DNA of 64,000 nucleotides from Myxococcales bacterium (GTDB lineage: Bacteria > Myxococcota_A > UBA9042): NCBI GenBank assembly GCA_037441385.1, contig JBBISH010000001.1:71190-135189 (forward strand), written 5' to 3'. Positions 44,610 to 56,773 of this stretch are shown piece by piece. Within the stretch, counting starts at the first letter, position 1. The number at the start of each line of letters is the position of its first letter. Below the pieces are notes generated by a model that saw nothing but the letters and a program-made list of their open reading frames with translations, was not told where the DNA came from and did no database searches. The translations under genes were made by a program, and so were the position numbers.

Positions 44610-45692
44610 ATGATCCACAAGCAAGCGCAACCAAATGGGAATTTCAAGACCGATCTGGCGGCCCTGCGGCGTGTGCGCCTGAGCGAAGGTCGGGCTCCGC
44701 TGCTCGGCGCCGCGCTGGACGGGCTGTTCGATCTGCTGCGATCCGTCGATCTCGACCCGCGCCACGCGCTGGGCGCACGCAGTCCGGCCAGCATGCTCGA
44801 ACGGTTGGCCACGGTGGGCGACTGGCTGGACCACACGCCGCTCGACGTGGCCACGGTCGAGCAAGTGGCGAATCAATGCGGTTGGCAAGGCGTGGTCGGC
44901 ACCCCGGCCGCGGGTGCGGATTGGGTCGATCGCTGGCTGACCCCCGAATTGCTGTTGGCGGTGGCCCAGTTTCCCCATGCGCAGCGCAGTCATAGTGGCG
45001 AGCGCGGGCCGTGGCTGCAGGCGGTGGCGGCCCTGACGGCGGTCGACGCCTATCGGCCACTGTTGGATGCTTCGCTGACGCCGGAAGAGCTTGAAGAGAC
45101 GCCAGGTTGCCATCTGCGTCCGGCCTTGGGCCGGCTGCTGCCGGCGGCGCGCTTCATGTCGGCCACGCTGGGCCTGGACGCGGTACTGGCGGCCGCCACG
45201 GGTGCAGCCCCCTTCGACGACGCGCTGGGAATGCTGCAGGCCGATGAGATCGAAGCTCTTTTGCTGGGCAATCACGCTCCAAGCGCGGCAAGGGCGCCAC
45301 AGCCATTTGGCGAACAAGATGCGGCATGGCTCGAAGACGCGCTGCTGGCGATGCTCTTCCGGCGGTCGCTCGCCAGCGGCGTGCCGCAGGCCCAGGCGTG
45401 GCTGCCTCCGGGCAGCGGACTGCGCTTCGACATGGCGCGCGCACAGTTGCGGACCATGGCGCCGGTGCCGCTGGATCACGCCGGCTTCGCCGACGCCGCG
45501 ATCGGTCATCTGCCCTTGCCCGCGGGCGCCTGTGCCGCTCTGCAGCAGCGCGGCCTGCAAGCGTTGGACGTGCACCTGGAGCACCTGGAAGCGCTGGACG
45601 ACTTGTTCGATGTGATCTTTGAAATCTACGACGGCGAAGCCGACGAGGCGGTCCTGGAAGGCGATGGGTTCCACGTCGAGTTCGTCAAATAG
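44610..45692 (+). CDS. Hypothetical protein (360 aa, Ala/Leu-rich, acidic C-terminus)
   Basis: ATG with a GAGGTAG RBS. No recognised domain. Confidence 0.55.
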   Translation: MIHKQAQPNGNFKTDLAALRRVRLSEGRAPLLGAALDGLFDLLRSVDLDPRHALGARSPASMLERLATVGDWLDHTPLDVATVEQVANQCGWQGVVGTPAAGADWVDRWLTPELLLAVAQFPHAQRSHSGERGPWLQAVAALTAVDAYRPLLDASLTPEELEETPGCHLRPALGRLLPAARFMSATLGLDAVLAAATGAAPFDDALGMLQADEIEALLLGNHAPSAARAPQPFGEQDAAWLEDALLAMLFRRSLASGVPQAQAWLPPGSGLRFDMARAQLRTMAPVPLDHAGFADAAIGHLPLPAGACAALQQRGLQALDVHLEHLEALDDLFDVIFEIYDGEADEAVLEGDGFHVEFVK

Positions 45693-45742
45693 TACGTAAC
45701 AGTAGTACGTAACAGTAGTACCTAACAGTAGTACGTAACAAT
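45691..45742. repeat. 13-bp tandem repeat (agtacgtaacagt) x4 in an AT-rich island between convergent genes
   Basis: Copies at 45691, 45704, 45717 (one mismatch) and 45730 (one mismatch). Each contains the palindrome TACGTA. Local GC is about 40% against a 69% background. Confidence 0.8.
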
Positions 45743-45763
45743 CGAACCAGTATCGCGCTAGAA

Positions 45764-47827
45764 CTACTGAGTAATCTCGAACCTAGCGGTGTCCGTGCCC
45801 CACTGCTTTTCGGGCGCGTAGCCAAAGGGCTCGCCGCGGGTCTTGCTGAACACCTCGCCCATCAGGCGCTCTAGGGGCGAACCGCCGCGAGCGGCCCCGC
45901 GCGTGACTTTGAATTCCAGGGCGCGGAAGTCGATGTCGTCTTCGCTGGCGATGACCTTGAGGATCTCGGGGCCAGCCGGCGGCGTCATCCGGTACGGGAA
46001 TGGAATCGCCCGCTTCTCGCCTGGTTTCAGCATATTGTCCCCAGGAACGTTAGGTAGCGGATAGAGGATGCTGATCGACCCATCGGCGCTGAGCTCGACG
46101 ACGCTGAAGAAACACGGCTTGGTCCCTTTGTTTTCCACGAACAACTGCACGATATCGTTGGCCTTGACCTTGCCGGTGCCGTCCTTGGCCACCATGCCAT
46201 GATCCGCCGTGATCTTGGGCCGTTTACCACCCGTTGGGAGCGTCTCGACCACCGCGTCGACCCGGTGCACGGTCAGATCGACCTCGAGCCGGGTCCCCAC
46301 GTCGTTGTTTTCTAGCGCCATCACGCGCATCTTGCGGAATTGCGCCTCGATCGCCTGGCTGACGCGCAGATCGCGCTGCGGATCGTCCATCGCCACCGCG
46401 CCGGCCATCGGCTGGTTCTTGCCGCGCGGAATCGGCAGCGCCGTGCCATCGGCCCGCTGGATGCGCAAACCGCCGGATTCGACGTCCTTGGTCAGCAGCA
46501 GATCCCACTGCGGCAGCGCCGCGCTGGCAGCCTTGGCGGGCATCACCTCGACAAAAGGCAGCTTCTCGACCGTGGCCTGCAGCACGCTGGCCTCGGCGTC
46601 GAACGCCACCCGCACGCGCGCGGCTTGAACTTTGGTCAGGACTTCTTGGGCTTGCGACCCCTTGTCGAACAGCTTGGCATCCAGCCGCTCGCCGTCTTTG
46701 ACCGGCACGCCGTAGCTCATGCCCAGTTCGACCCGCACGATCTTGACCCGTGCCAGCGGCTTGTCGCCGCCGATCGCCCGCACTTCCAGCTCGCTCCCCG
46801 GGACCAGGCCGTGCAACGACCCAGCCTCGATCGGCAGCTCGCCGTCGCCGTTGATGGGACGTACGCGGTAGAACTTGCTGGGCGCAGACCACTCGCCCGA
46901 GAAGAGGCGCTTGTCGGCATCGCCCTCGATCTGCGGGTTTTGGTCGCTCACGCGCACCACGATCTGTGCGCCAATGCGCTCGATCAGGTCGCGGTAAGTG
47001 GTACGCGGGCCGGCATCGTGCAGGGCCTGCACCAGCATCAGCGAGTAGGCGCCCATCGGCGCGCCCGACACCGGATCGCGGTCCTCATTCGCTTCTTGAT
47101 CGGCGCGCACGGCCGAGATGAACACGTACCCTGCCCCTTTGGCGTCGCCCGCCGGGACCCAGGCGCCGGCCCCGTCCGCCTCGTTGCCGCGACGCTCGGC
47201 CGGCGGATGCATGGGCCGGCTGCCGCGGGTGCGCATCTTGCGGGGATCGCCAGGCGCGCCGCGGGTCGCCGTGCCGGAGTGACACGAATCCAGCGAAATC
47301 ACGATGTTGTCGGTCTTCTTGGCCGCCTGGGCGATCAGGCCACCCAGTTCGTCGTCGCGGATGTGGTTGGCGTAGTTCTTGATGCCCAAATTGTCAAAGG
47401 GTACCAGCGCTTCGTCGTAGCCGTCGGCTTCGTCCGGGGTACCGTTGTCGTCGGGAATCTGCTGGCCGTGGCCCGAATAGTGGAAGAACAGCACGGCGTC
47501 TTTGTCGGCCTTGTCGACCAGCTGCTTTTGAAAGGCCTCGACGATGGCCTTGTGCGTCGCCTGCTCGTCGACCAGCGTCAGCACGTCGAAGCCGCGCCGC
47601 TCCAATTCCGCTTTGATCAAGGTCACATCGTTGCGGCTGCCGTCCAGTTGCGACCATTGTTCGTGGGCCGGCACGGCGGGCGTGTAGCGCAGTCCGTAGT
47701 GCTCGATGCCCACCAACAGCGCCAGCTTCTTGGGCCCTTCGGCGGCCTGCGCCGCGCGGATGGACGTGGGCGGCACAACCACCGCGGTGGCCAACAAAAT
47801 CCCCAGAATCCACTTGCCAACCTTCAT
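45764..47827 (-). CDS. Secreted caspase-family (peptidase C14) protein with about 450-aa C-terminal beta-rich region
   Basis: Signal peptide. Catalytic His-Cys dyad in FHYSGHG and DSCHSG. ATG 47827 with a GAGG RBS. Confidence 0.7.
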   Translation of the reverse strand: MKVGKWILGILLATAVVVPPTSIRAAQAAEGPKKLALLVGIEHYGLRYTPAVPAHEQWSQLDGSRNDVTLIKAELERRGFDVLTLVDEQATHKAIVEAFQKQLVDKADKDAVLFFHYSGHGQQIPDDNGTPDEADGYDEALVPFDNLGIKNYANHIRDDELGGLIAQAAKKTDNIVISLDSCHSGTATRGAPGDPRKMRTRGSRPMHPPAERRGNEADGAGAWVPAGDAKGAGYVFISAVRADQEANEDRDPVSGAPMGAYSLMLVQALHDAGPRTTYRDLIERIGAQIVVRVSDQNPQIEGDADKRLFSGEWSAPSKFYRVRPINGDGELPIEAGSLHGLVPGSELEVRAIGGDKPLARVKIVRVELGMSYGVPVKDGERLDAKLFDKGSQAQEVLTKVQAARVRVAFDAEASVLQATVEKLPFVEVMPAKAASAALPQWDLLLTKDVESGGLRIQRADGTALPIPRGKNQPMAGAVAMDDPQRDLRVSQAIEAQFRKMRVMALENNDVGTRLEVDLTVHRVDAVVETLPTGGKRPKITADHGMVAKDGTGKVKANDIVQLFVENKGTKPCFFSVVELSADGSISILYPLPNVPGDNMLKPGEKRAIPFPYRMTPPAGPEILKVIASEDDIDFRALEFKVTRGAARGGSPLERLMGEVFSKTRGEPFGYAPEKQWGTDTARFEITQ

Positions 47828-48156
47828 CGTCATCCTCGTCTTTGGCCCGGGCCCCGTTGCGTTGCTGGCGGGCAGGCGTTGGACGCGCTGACCCGGCTGC
47901 GGGATCTGCCGCCGTGCCGTGCTGCCGTGGTGCGGCCTTGGTTGGATGGTGCGCACAACTGGGCGCGCCGGCAAGTCCAGTTGCTGCAGATCCAGTCCTT
48001 GACAGGCGGACACCCCATCCTAGCTTGCGTTCGCCGTGGCCGGTGGTGGCCGGCGGCATCGCAGACGGTCTGCTGCATTCTTGCATAAGTTCAGCACGTT
48101 GCGCCAACGCAGCGCCCGACCGCCAAGCACTGCGACACATCTCTCTAGGGTTCCGC

Positions 48157-48182
48157 GTCGGTCCCCAGGGTCGGTCCCCAGG
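48157..48182. promoter_or_regulatory. Direct repeat gtcggtccccagg x2 about 90 nt upstream of groES
   Basis: Read directly. No CIRCE-like inverted repeat (TTAGCACTC-N9-GAGTGCTAA) is present in the 430-bp groES upstream region. Confidence 0.3.
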
Positions 48183-48265
48183 GCGACGCGCAGGGCAAAA
48201 CCGGGCAAGCGGCCCACACCAGCCGGGCACTGTCGCGTAGCAGAGTCCCGAAACAGAGGAAGGAT

Positions 48266-50264
<1,999 letters not shown>

Positions 50265-50349
50265 CTCTGTCCGCGACAGGTAGACCGGTGGGCACGTCGG
50301 AGCAAGCAAGCCGGCGTGCCCATTGGCATTTTTGCACGAGGATGGCGAC

Positions 50350-50742
50350 ATGAACCCGCCCAAACCGATCGAATTGTTCGCCTTTTACCACCTGGGCCTG
50401 GACTCGGACGGCAGCTACAAGTTTCGCAACCTGAGCGACTGCGCCCGCCGCTGGAAGGTGGATACCGCCACGGTGCAGCGGTGGCTGCAGGATGCCCACA
50501 TCGATCCGGCCACGGTGAAGTCGGTGCCCTTCAACTTGACCCGCTACCACGTGGACGCCCAGTTCGTCCGCGCCGAGCAGCAAGAGCAGTTGATCCGCGA
50601 CGCGTGGCAGGGCTATATGGCGGAACTCAAGCGGTCGCTGCGCAACGGCCGCGGGGGAGCGCCCGACTTCCACTTCGACATCGATTACGAAGACGTATGG
50701 GAAGACGGCGCGCGGCGCGCCCAGGCCGACGACGACGAGTAG
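50350..50742 (+). CDS. Hypothetical protein (130 aa)
   Basis: ATG 50350 with a GAGGA RBS. The ORF-track start at 50323 is TTG. No recognised domain. Confidence 0.5.
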   Translation: MNPPKPIELFAFYHLGLDSDGSYKFRNLSDCARRWKVDTATVQRWLQDAHIDPATVKSVPFNLTRYHVDAQFVRAEQQEQLIRDAWQGYMAELKRSLRNGRGGAPDFHFDIDYEDVWEDGARRAQADDDE

Positions 50743-50785
50743 CGGCAACCCGGCGCAGGTCCTACAGCTTGGTCAGGGGGACGGC

Positions 50786-51211
50786 ATGGCAAAGACGGGT
50801 GAGTTTCAAGCAGTGCAAACCATGGCCGCCCCGGCGGCAATCGGCCCATATAGCCAGGCCATCGCCGTGGATCAGCCCGGGCGCTGGGTGTTCCTGAGCG
50901 GCCAGGTGGCGCTGGATCCGGTGAGTGGGGTGCTGCTGGCCGGCGACGTGGCTGCCCAGACCGAGCGCGCCATGCTGAACCTGCAAGCGGTGTTGCGCGA
51001 AGCGGGCGGCGACCTGCGCGATTTGGTGAAGGTCGGAATTTTCTTGGCCGACATCAACGACTTTGTGGTGGTGAACCAGGTCTATTCGCGCTTTGTGCAG
51101 CAGCCATACCCGGCGCGCGCCACAGTGCAAGTGGCCCGGCTGCCGCGCGACGCCGCTGTCGAGATCGACGGTATCGCCTGGATCGCGAGCACGCCGCGCC
51201 CGCTGCCGTAG
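50786..51211 (+). CDS. ridA: RidA (YjgF/TdcF) family reactive intermediate deaminase
   Basis: PAAIGPYSQA, RATVQVARLP and chorismate-mutase-like fold signature. Confidence 0.85.
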   Translation: MAKTGEFQAVQTMAAPAAIGPYSQAIAVDQPGRWVFLSGQVALDPVSGVLLAGDVAAQTERAMLNLQAVLREAGGDLRDLVKVGIFLADINDFVVVNQVYSRFVQQPYPARATVQVARLPRDAAVEIDGIAWIASTPRPLP

Positions 51212-51301
51212 GCCAAAATCCTGTGACAATCCAAGCTTGAGCCCTGTCCTCTGACGCCGCACACTGTACGGGCGGGCAGCACTGTCCCGGGGCGGTCGAG
51301 C

Positions 51302-54300
51302 ATGCTGGGACACGGCGGGTGGGTTGCACGCCCCTTTGGTACAGGCGGGGCCAAAATCCCAGCGCGCGGCGGCCGACTTGCACTGGCCTGGATGCTGTCC
51401 TGGACGCTGGCCTGGACAGGGCTGGTCTTTGGCGGCTGTGGCAGCGATCCCACGCCGACCTCGGCCGACCTCGCGGCCCAAGCCAGCGACATCACTTCGA
51501 CGGACACCCCAGCCCCAGCCGACACCAGCGCCGCCGACGTCGCGCTGGCCGATGCCGCGTCGGTCGAGTGTCTGTCGGCCGCCGACTGCGCGGCCCCGGC
51601 CAACCCCTGCCTGGTGGCGCAGTGCAGTGCGGGCAAGTGCACAGAAGCACCTGCCGTTACTGGCGTTTGCGAAGACGGCGATCCTTGCACCGTCGCCGAC
51701 CACTGCAGCAGCGGCCAATGCGTCCCAGGCCTGGACGTGTGCGCGTGCCATAGCGACGCCGAGTGCCCCGACGACGGCAACGCCTGCAACGGCAAGCCGA
51801 TTTGCGACACGGCGATCTTGCCCCACGTCTGCCGAGTGCCACTAGAAACCGTCCCCAATTGTTCCAGCGACGCGGACAGCGAGTGCAGCAAGAACGCCTG
51901 CAACTCAGAGACGGGCGCATGTGGCATGGCAGCCGTTGAACATACACTGCTGATGTGCTCGGCCAGCGGCTGCGTCCGCGTCATGACGACCGCGCTGATG
52001 GCCGCTGGAGTCTGCGACGACGGCAATCCGTGCACGGCCGGCGACGTGTGCAAAGGGGGCCAGTGCAAGGCGGGCCTGGATGTCTGCAACTGCAGCAGCG
52101 ACGCGGACTGCCCAGACGATGGCAACTTGTGCAACGGCGTAGCCTATTGCGACAAAGCCAAGCTGCCGTGGTCCTGCCACCTCAAACCATTCAGCAAAGT
52201 GGTCTGCAGCACGGGCGGGGACTCGGCCTGCCTAAGAAACGTGTGCGATCCCACCAAAGGCGAGTGCTCGCTGCAGCCCAGCGAGAATTTGACCTGGACC
52301 TGCGCCGACGGCAACTGCGCCTGGGCCGTTTTGCCGCCCGGCAGCCCCACTTCCAGCGTAGCGTGTAGCGATGGAAACGCCTGCACCAGCGGCGATTTCT
52401 GCGCGAGCGGCGCGTGCAAGGCGGGCCAAGAAAGCTGCAGTTGCAGCAGCGACGCCGACTGCGCCGCCCAAGAAGACGGCGACGTCTGCAACGGCACACT
52501 GTTCTGCAACAAAGCGACCGGGGCCTGCCAGCTCAACCCCGCCACCGTCATCCAGTGCCCCACCGCCGACGACACGGCCTGCCAAAAGAACGTCTGCTAC
52601 CCCAAAACGGGCGTCTGCCAGCCCGCGTCCGTAGAGAAAACCACCCAAGTTTGCGACGGCAACGTGTGCACCTGGCACCTTTTGCCGCCGGGCAGCCCTT
52701 CGCCGGGCTCGGTTTGGTGCGACGACGGCAACCCCTGCACCCAAGGCGAGGCCTGCATCGCCGGCCAATGCGCAGGCGGGACGAACACTTGCGCCTGCAA
52801 GAGCGACGCCGACTGCAAAGGTTTGGACGACGGCGATCTGTGCAACGGCGTCATGTACTGCGACAAAGCCAAGCTGACCTGCGTGTTGAACCCGGCCAGC
52901 GTCAAGCCCTGCCCCACGGTGGGCGACACGGCCTGCCAAAAGAACGCCTGCCAACCCCTGACCGGCCTGTGCAGCGCCACACCCGTGGGCAAGGTCAAGC
53001 AAGCCTGCGTCGCCCTGCCCGACAGCAGCACCGTCTGCGTGATCGAGGTCAAGGCCGACGCCGAGACCCAGGGCATCGTCTGCGACGACGGCGATCCCTG
53101 CACGGCCGGCGAAGTCTGCGAGGCCGGCGCCTGCACGGGCGGCAAGAAGACCTGCACCTGCAAGACCGACAGCGATTGCGCCGGGTTAGAAGACGGAGAC
53201 GCCTGCAACGGCACGCTGTACTGCAACAAACAAACCGGCGACTGCGCCTGGAACCCGGCGACGGTGGTCAGCTGCCCCTCGGCCGCGGACACGGTCTGCC
53301 TCAAGAACGCCTGCGACCCCAGCAGCGGCCAATGCGTGGCCAAAGCCGTGGAGCTGACCAAGAAAGTCTGCGATGTGCAAAGCGGTTGCCGGCTGGAGGT
53401 CAGCCTGGCCGGCAGCCCCACCAGCACCTGCGAAGACGGCGACCCGTGCACCAAGGGCGACGTATGCGGCGCGGGCCAATGCCAGTCCGGCGTTTTTGTC
53501 TGCGAATGCGCAAGCAGCGCCGATTGCGCCAAGAAGGACGACGGCAACCTGTGCAACGGTGTGGCATTTTGCGACAAGAGTGTGGCAGGAAGTCCCACTT
53601 GTGCGGCCAACCCGGCCTCGGTCGTCGTGTGCCCGGCCACCGGCGAGCTCTGCGTGGGCAACACCTGCGACCCCGCCACCGGCAAGTGCGGCAAAGTGGC
53701 CGCCAACGAGAAGAAATCGTGTGACGACGGCACCTTGTGCACCACGGCCGACCAATGCACTGGCGGCCAGTGTCTGGGCACGGCGATCGACTGCAACGAC
53801 GCAAGTGCTTGTACCAACGACAGTTGCTCGCCGCAAACCGGCTGCGTCCATGTGGGCAGCAACTGCGACGACGGCAACGGCTGCACGGCCGACCTTTGCG
53901 ACGCCAAATCGGGCTTGTGCGTGCACGACGCCACCAGCCTCACCGCCAAAGCGTGCAGCGACGGCGACCCTTGCACCCTGAGCGACTCCTGCCAGGCCGG
54001 CACTTGCACGTCGGGCGCACCCGTGATCTGCCCGGCCACCAGCAAGCCCTGCACGGTGCCGGTGTGTGTGGCCCAGCCTGGCGCGACCTACCAGTGCGTC
54101 ACCGCGCTGGCCAAAGACGGCGCGGCCTGCGGAGATGGCAAAGCGTGCACGTTGGACGCCACCTGCCAGGCGGGGACGTGCAAACCGGGCACGGTAGAGC
54201 GCTTGGGTTTTGCTCAGTTGGACGATCCCACGCTGGCCAACTTGCGCTGGACCACGGCGACGCCCACGGACGACGGTGGGCTGTGGGCGGGCGGTATGAC

Positions 54301-56773
54301 CTGGTCGGGCACCCCGGCGGGCACCAACATCGGCGCCGGCAGCTACTGGATCGGCCACTTGTCGGCCGCAGCCAAGCCCACCGGCAAAGTCCTGATGACG
54401 ACTATGTTTGGCAGCATCCCCGACCGCAACTGGCTGACGCTGAGCGCCACCGGCGACGGCGGGGTGTTGGTGGCCGGCACCGTGGCGACCCCCAACGGGT
54501 CGGGCGGCAACCTCCCGCAAAAGCCGTTCATTTCCAAGGTAACCGCCGCCGGCGTCCAGTGGACCAAGCTCTACGGCGTCACCGCCGAGATCGAATTCTG
54601 CACGGCCGCCAGCCTAAGTGACGGCGGCACCTCGTGGCTGGCCGGCTCGCGAACCGTGGGCGGAATCGCCAAGTTGATGATCATCCAAGTGGCGCCGACC
54701 TGGCAGACGGTTTGGACCAAGCTCTACGATGTGGGCAGCACTTCTGCAGAGGTTTCGCGGGTCCAGGCGCGGCCCGGCGGCGGTTTGGTGGTGTTCGGTT
54801 GGCGCAACGACCCCGGCGGAGCGATGCCCTTTGCGGTCGCGGTGGACGCGTCCGGCACCTTGGTCTGGGTCAACAGCTACCCCACCAGCGACTCCACCTG
54901 GACCGGCCGCACCTTCCAGGGCGCTGCCGCTACCTCCGACGGCGCCTGGTTGGTCGTCGGCGACGAGCGCTCGGGCACGAACCGCCGCGGCTGGTGGGGC
55001 GAGATCACCAGCAAGGGCGAGTTGGTGTGGAACGAAAGCTCGGGCAACCCCGGACGCTGGATGGACATTCAATCGGACGGCCTGGACCACTTCGCCGTGG
55101 CGGGCAGCTACCAGCCGGTGGGTGCAACGGCGCCAGTCGCGTGGCTGCAGGGGCTGGACCGGCGCGGCAACGGCCAATGGGCGGCCCAGCAGGCCAGCGC
55201 CGACATCTGGCCCGGGGTGGCCACGGCCAAGCTGGGCGGCTGGTGGCCCGTGGGCGGCCAAGATGCGCCCGGAGCCGCGGGTTGGATCGGCCTGAGCCAA
55301 CGGGTGGATCCGTGGGGCCACGCCAGCTGCAACGAAGCCGGGGTCTGCGCCACTGCCCAGGCCAGCGACTGCGACGACGGCAACACCTGCACGGTGGATA
55401 GCTGTGACGCCAGCAAGGGTTGCAAGGTCACCGCGGTCGAGAAGCTGCGCTGCCAGCCCACCGACAGTTGTTCGGGCATGGGCAGCTGCACCCAAGGCAA
55501 GTGTCCGCAGACCGATCAAGGGCGCCTCTACAGCGCGGCCATTCACGGCGGCGGCACCACCTTCTACGCCGCAGCCACCCAGGCGAACGGCAGCACGCTG
55601 GTGGGCGGCACCACCGCCGGCCCCAAAGCCGTGTTGGTGCGTCTGGACGACGCGGGGCACGAGGTCTGGAGCGACGTGCTCATGTTGGGGCCAGCGGGGA
55701 GCTTGGACTACGCCTATGTCCACAGCATCGTGCCCACTCCCGACGGTGGCTTCTTCGTCGGCGCCTCGGGCCGCTTGGGCAGCATGAACTATGACGGCAA
55801 CGTGGGTGGCCCAGAGCGCTACCGCCGACTGCGCAAGTACTCGGCCAGCAACGTGATCACCTTTGACGAATGGTCGGGCGACGACTACCCCAACAACGCG
55901 AACAACCAGAAAGAGGGCGACGACGTGGTGGATGAGGGCGACGGCACCTACATCTGGCTCAGCCGCGAAGGCGACAAGCCCAACGCGACCAAGCTGAACC
56001 AAGTTGGAACGTACCTGTACTCGGTTGCGCCCTACATCCCGCCCTACGATGGCACCGGGATCACCAACTACGCCTGGGATCTGCGGGGCGCTGCCGCGCC
56101 CAATGCCCAGACCTGGGTGGGCGGCTTCCGCCGCTCGGCCGACACGCGCTACGGCTGGCTGTCCAAGTTGAGTTCGAACGGCACGATCTTGTTCCAAAAG
56201 GATTCCGTGCAGATCATGACTGGCTGGACGGGCGCCTACATCCGCGACATGGAACCAGCACCCAATGGCGGCGTGTACGTGCTGTTCCGCATGGTCAATC
56301 CCGCGGGAGCGATGACACCGCGCCTGGCCAGGTACGACGCCAACGGCAATGGCAACTGGCAGATCGACCTGGGCGACGACGCCTACTACAACGCGTGGGC
56401 GCTGGTTGGGCGATCCGATGGCGACGTGTGGGTGGTCTCGGAGGCCCAGAAGAACGGCTACAGCATCCCGTGCATCGACGTGCGCAACCCCAGCGCGCTG
56501 CGCCGCTATCGCTTCTTCCTGCCCGGAAGTGGCTCGCTCTTCGCGGCCACGACAGCGGGTTGGGGCGACATCGTGGGCGCCGGCCGCATCGCCGACTTCA
56601 GCAATGGCCTGGTGATCCGCGCCACCGCCTGGGGCCAGACGGGCTGCGCCGCTGCGGGAGCCTGCGCAAGCAAAGCGCCGGTCACGTGCGACGACGGCAT
56701 CGCGTGCACCATCGACCTGTGCGCCCCCAGCACGGGCGCGTGCAGCCACACCAACCTGCCGTCCTGCCTCTAG
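51302..56773 (+). CDS. Giant (1823 aa) cysteine-rich repeat lipoprotein with C-terminal non-repetitive Trp/Gly-rich beta-propeller-like region and a terminal Cys-rich cap
   Basis: Lipobox VFGGC. About 900 aa of CDDGNPCTxGDxC / DADCxDDGNLCNG modules. The C-terminal 900 aa is non-Cys with repeated W..G...G segments. Last 60 aa again CxDGIACTIDLC. Confidence 0.8.
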   Translation: MLGHGGWVARPFGTGGAKIPARGGRLALAWMLSWTLAWTGLVFGGCGSDPTPTSADLAAQASDITSTDTPAPADTSAADVALADAASVECLSAADCAAPANPCLVAQCSAGKCTEAPAVTGVCEDGDPCTVADHCSSGQCVPGLDVCACHSDAECPDDGNACNGKPICDTAILPHVCRVPLETVPNCSSDADSECSKNACNSETGACGMAAVEHTLLMCSASGCVRVMTTALMAAGVCDDGNPCTAGDVCKGGQCKAGLDVCNCSSDADCPDDGNLCNGVAYCDKAKLPWSCHLKPFSKVVCSTGGDSACLRNVCDPTKGECSLQPSENLTWTCADGNCAWAVLPPGSPTSSVACSDGNACTSGDFCASGACKAGQESCSCSSDADCAAQEDGDVCNGTLFCNKATGACQLNPATVIQCPTADDTACQKNVCYPKTGVCQPASVEKTTQVCDGNVCTWHLLPPGSPSPGSVWCDDGNPCTQGEACIAGQCAGGTNTCACKSDADCKGLDDGDLCNGVMYCDKAKLTCVLNPASVKPCPTVGDTACQKNACQPLTGLCSATPVGKVKQACVALPDSSTVCVIEVKADAETQGIVCDDGDPCTAGEVCEAGACTGGKKTCTCKTDSDCAGLEDGDACNGTLYCNKQTGDCAWNPATVVSCPSAADTVCLKNACDPSSGQCVAKAVELTKKVCDVQSGCRLEVSLAGSPTSTCEDGDPCTKGDVCGAGQCQSGVFVCECASSADCAKKDDGNLCNGVAFCDKSVAGSPTCAANPASVVVCPATGELCVGNTCDPATGKCGKVAANEKKSCDDGTLCTTADQCTGGQCLGTAIDCNDASACTNDSCSPQTGCVHVGSNCDDGNGCTADLCDAKSGLCVHDATSLTAKACSDGDPCTLSDSCQAGTCTSGAPVICPATSKPCTVPVCVAQPGATYQCVTALAKDGAACGDGKACTLDATCQAGTCKPGTVERLGFAQLDDPTLANLRWTTATPTDDGGLWAGGMTWSGTPAGTNIGAGSYWIGHLSAAAKPTGKVLMTTMFGSIPDRNWLTLSATGDGGVLVAGTVATPNGSGGNLPQKPFISKVTAAGVQWTKLYGVTAEIEFCTAASLSDGGTSWLAGSRTVGGIAKLMIIQVAPTWQTVWTKLYDVGSTSAEVSRVQARPGGGLVVFGWRNDPGGAMPFAVAVDASGTLVWVNSYPTSDSTWTGRTFQGAAATSDGAWLVVGDERSGTNRRGWWGEITSKGELVWNESSGNPGRWMDIQSDGLDHFAVAGSYQPVGATAPVAWLQGLDRRGNGQWAAQQASADIWPGVATAKLGGWWPVGGQDAPGAAGWIGLSQRVDPWGHASCNEAGVCATAQASDCDDGNTCTVDSCDASKGCKVTAVEKLRCQPTDSCSGMGSCTQGKCPQTDQGRLYSAAIHGGGTTFYAAATQANGSTLVGGTTAGPKAVLVRLDDAGHEVWSDVLMLGPAGSLDYAYVHSIVPTPDGGFFVGASGRLGSMNYDGNVGGPERYRRLRKYSASNVITFDEWSGDDYPNNANNQKEGDDVVDEGDGTYIWLSREGDKPNATKLNQVGTYLYSVAPYIPPYDGTGITNYAWDLRGAAAPNAQTWVGGFRRSADTRYGWLSKLSSNGTILFQKDSVQIMTGWTGAYIRDMEPAPNGGVYVLFRMVNPAGAMTPRLARYDANGNGNWQIDLGDDAYYNAWALVGRSDGDVWVVSEAQKNGYSIPCIDVRNPSALRRYRFFLPGSGSLFAATTAGWGDIVGAGRIADFSNGLVIRATAWGQTGCAAAGACASKAPVTCDDGIACTIDLCAPSTGACSHTNLPSCL

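Noticed and set aside
47828-48265. CIRCE (HrcA operator) or sigma-32 promoter upstream of groES
   Set aside because: No TTAGCACTC-N9-GAGTGCTAA-like inverted repeat is present. The only CTTGACA...CCCCAT candidate has the wrong spacing (8 nt) for a sigma-32 promoter. Only a short direct repeat was recorded.
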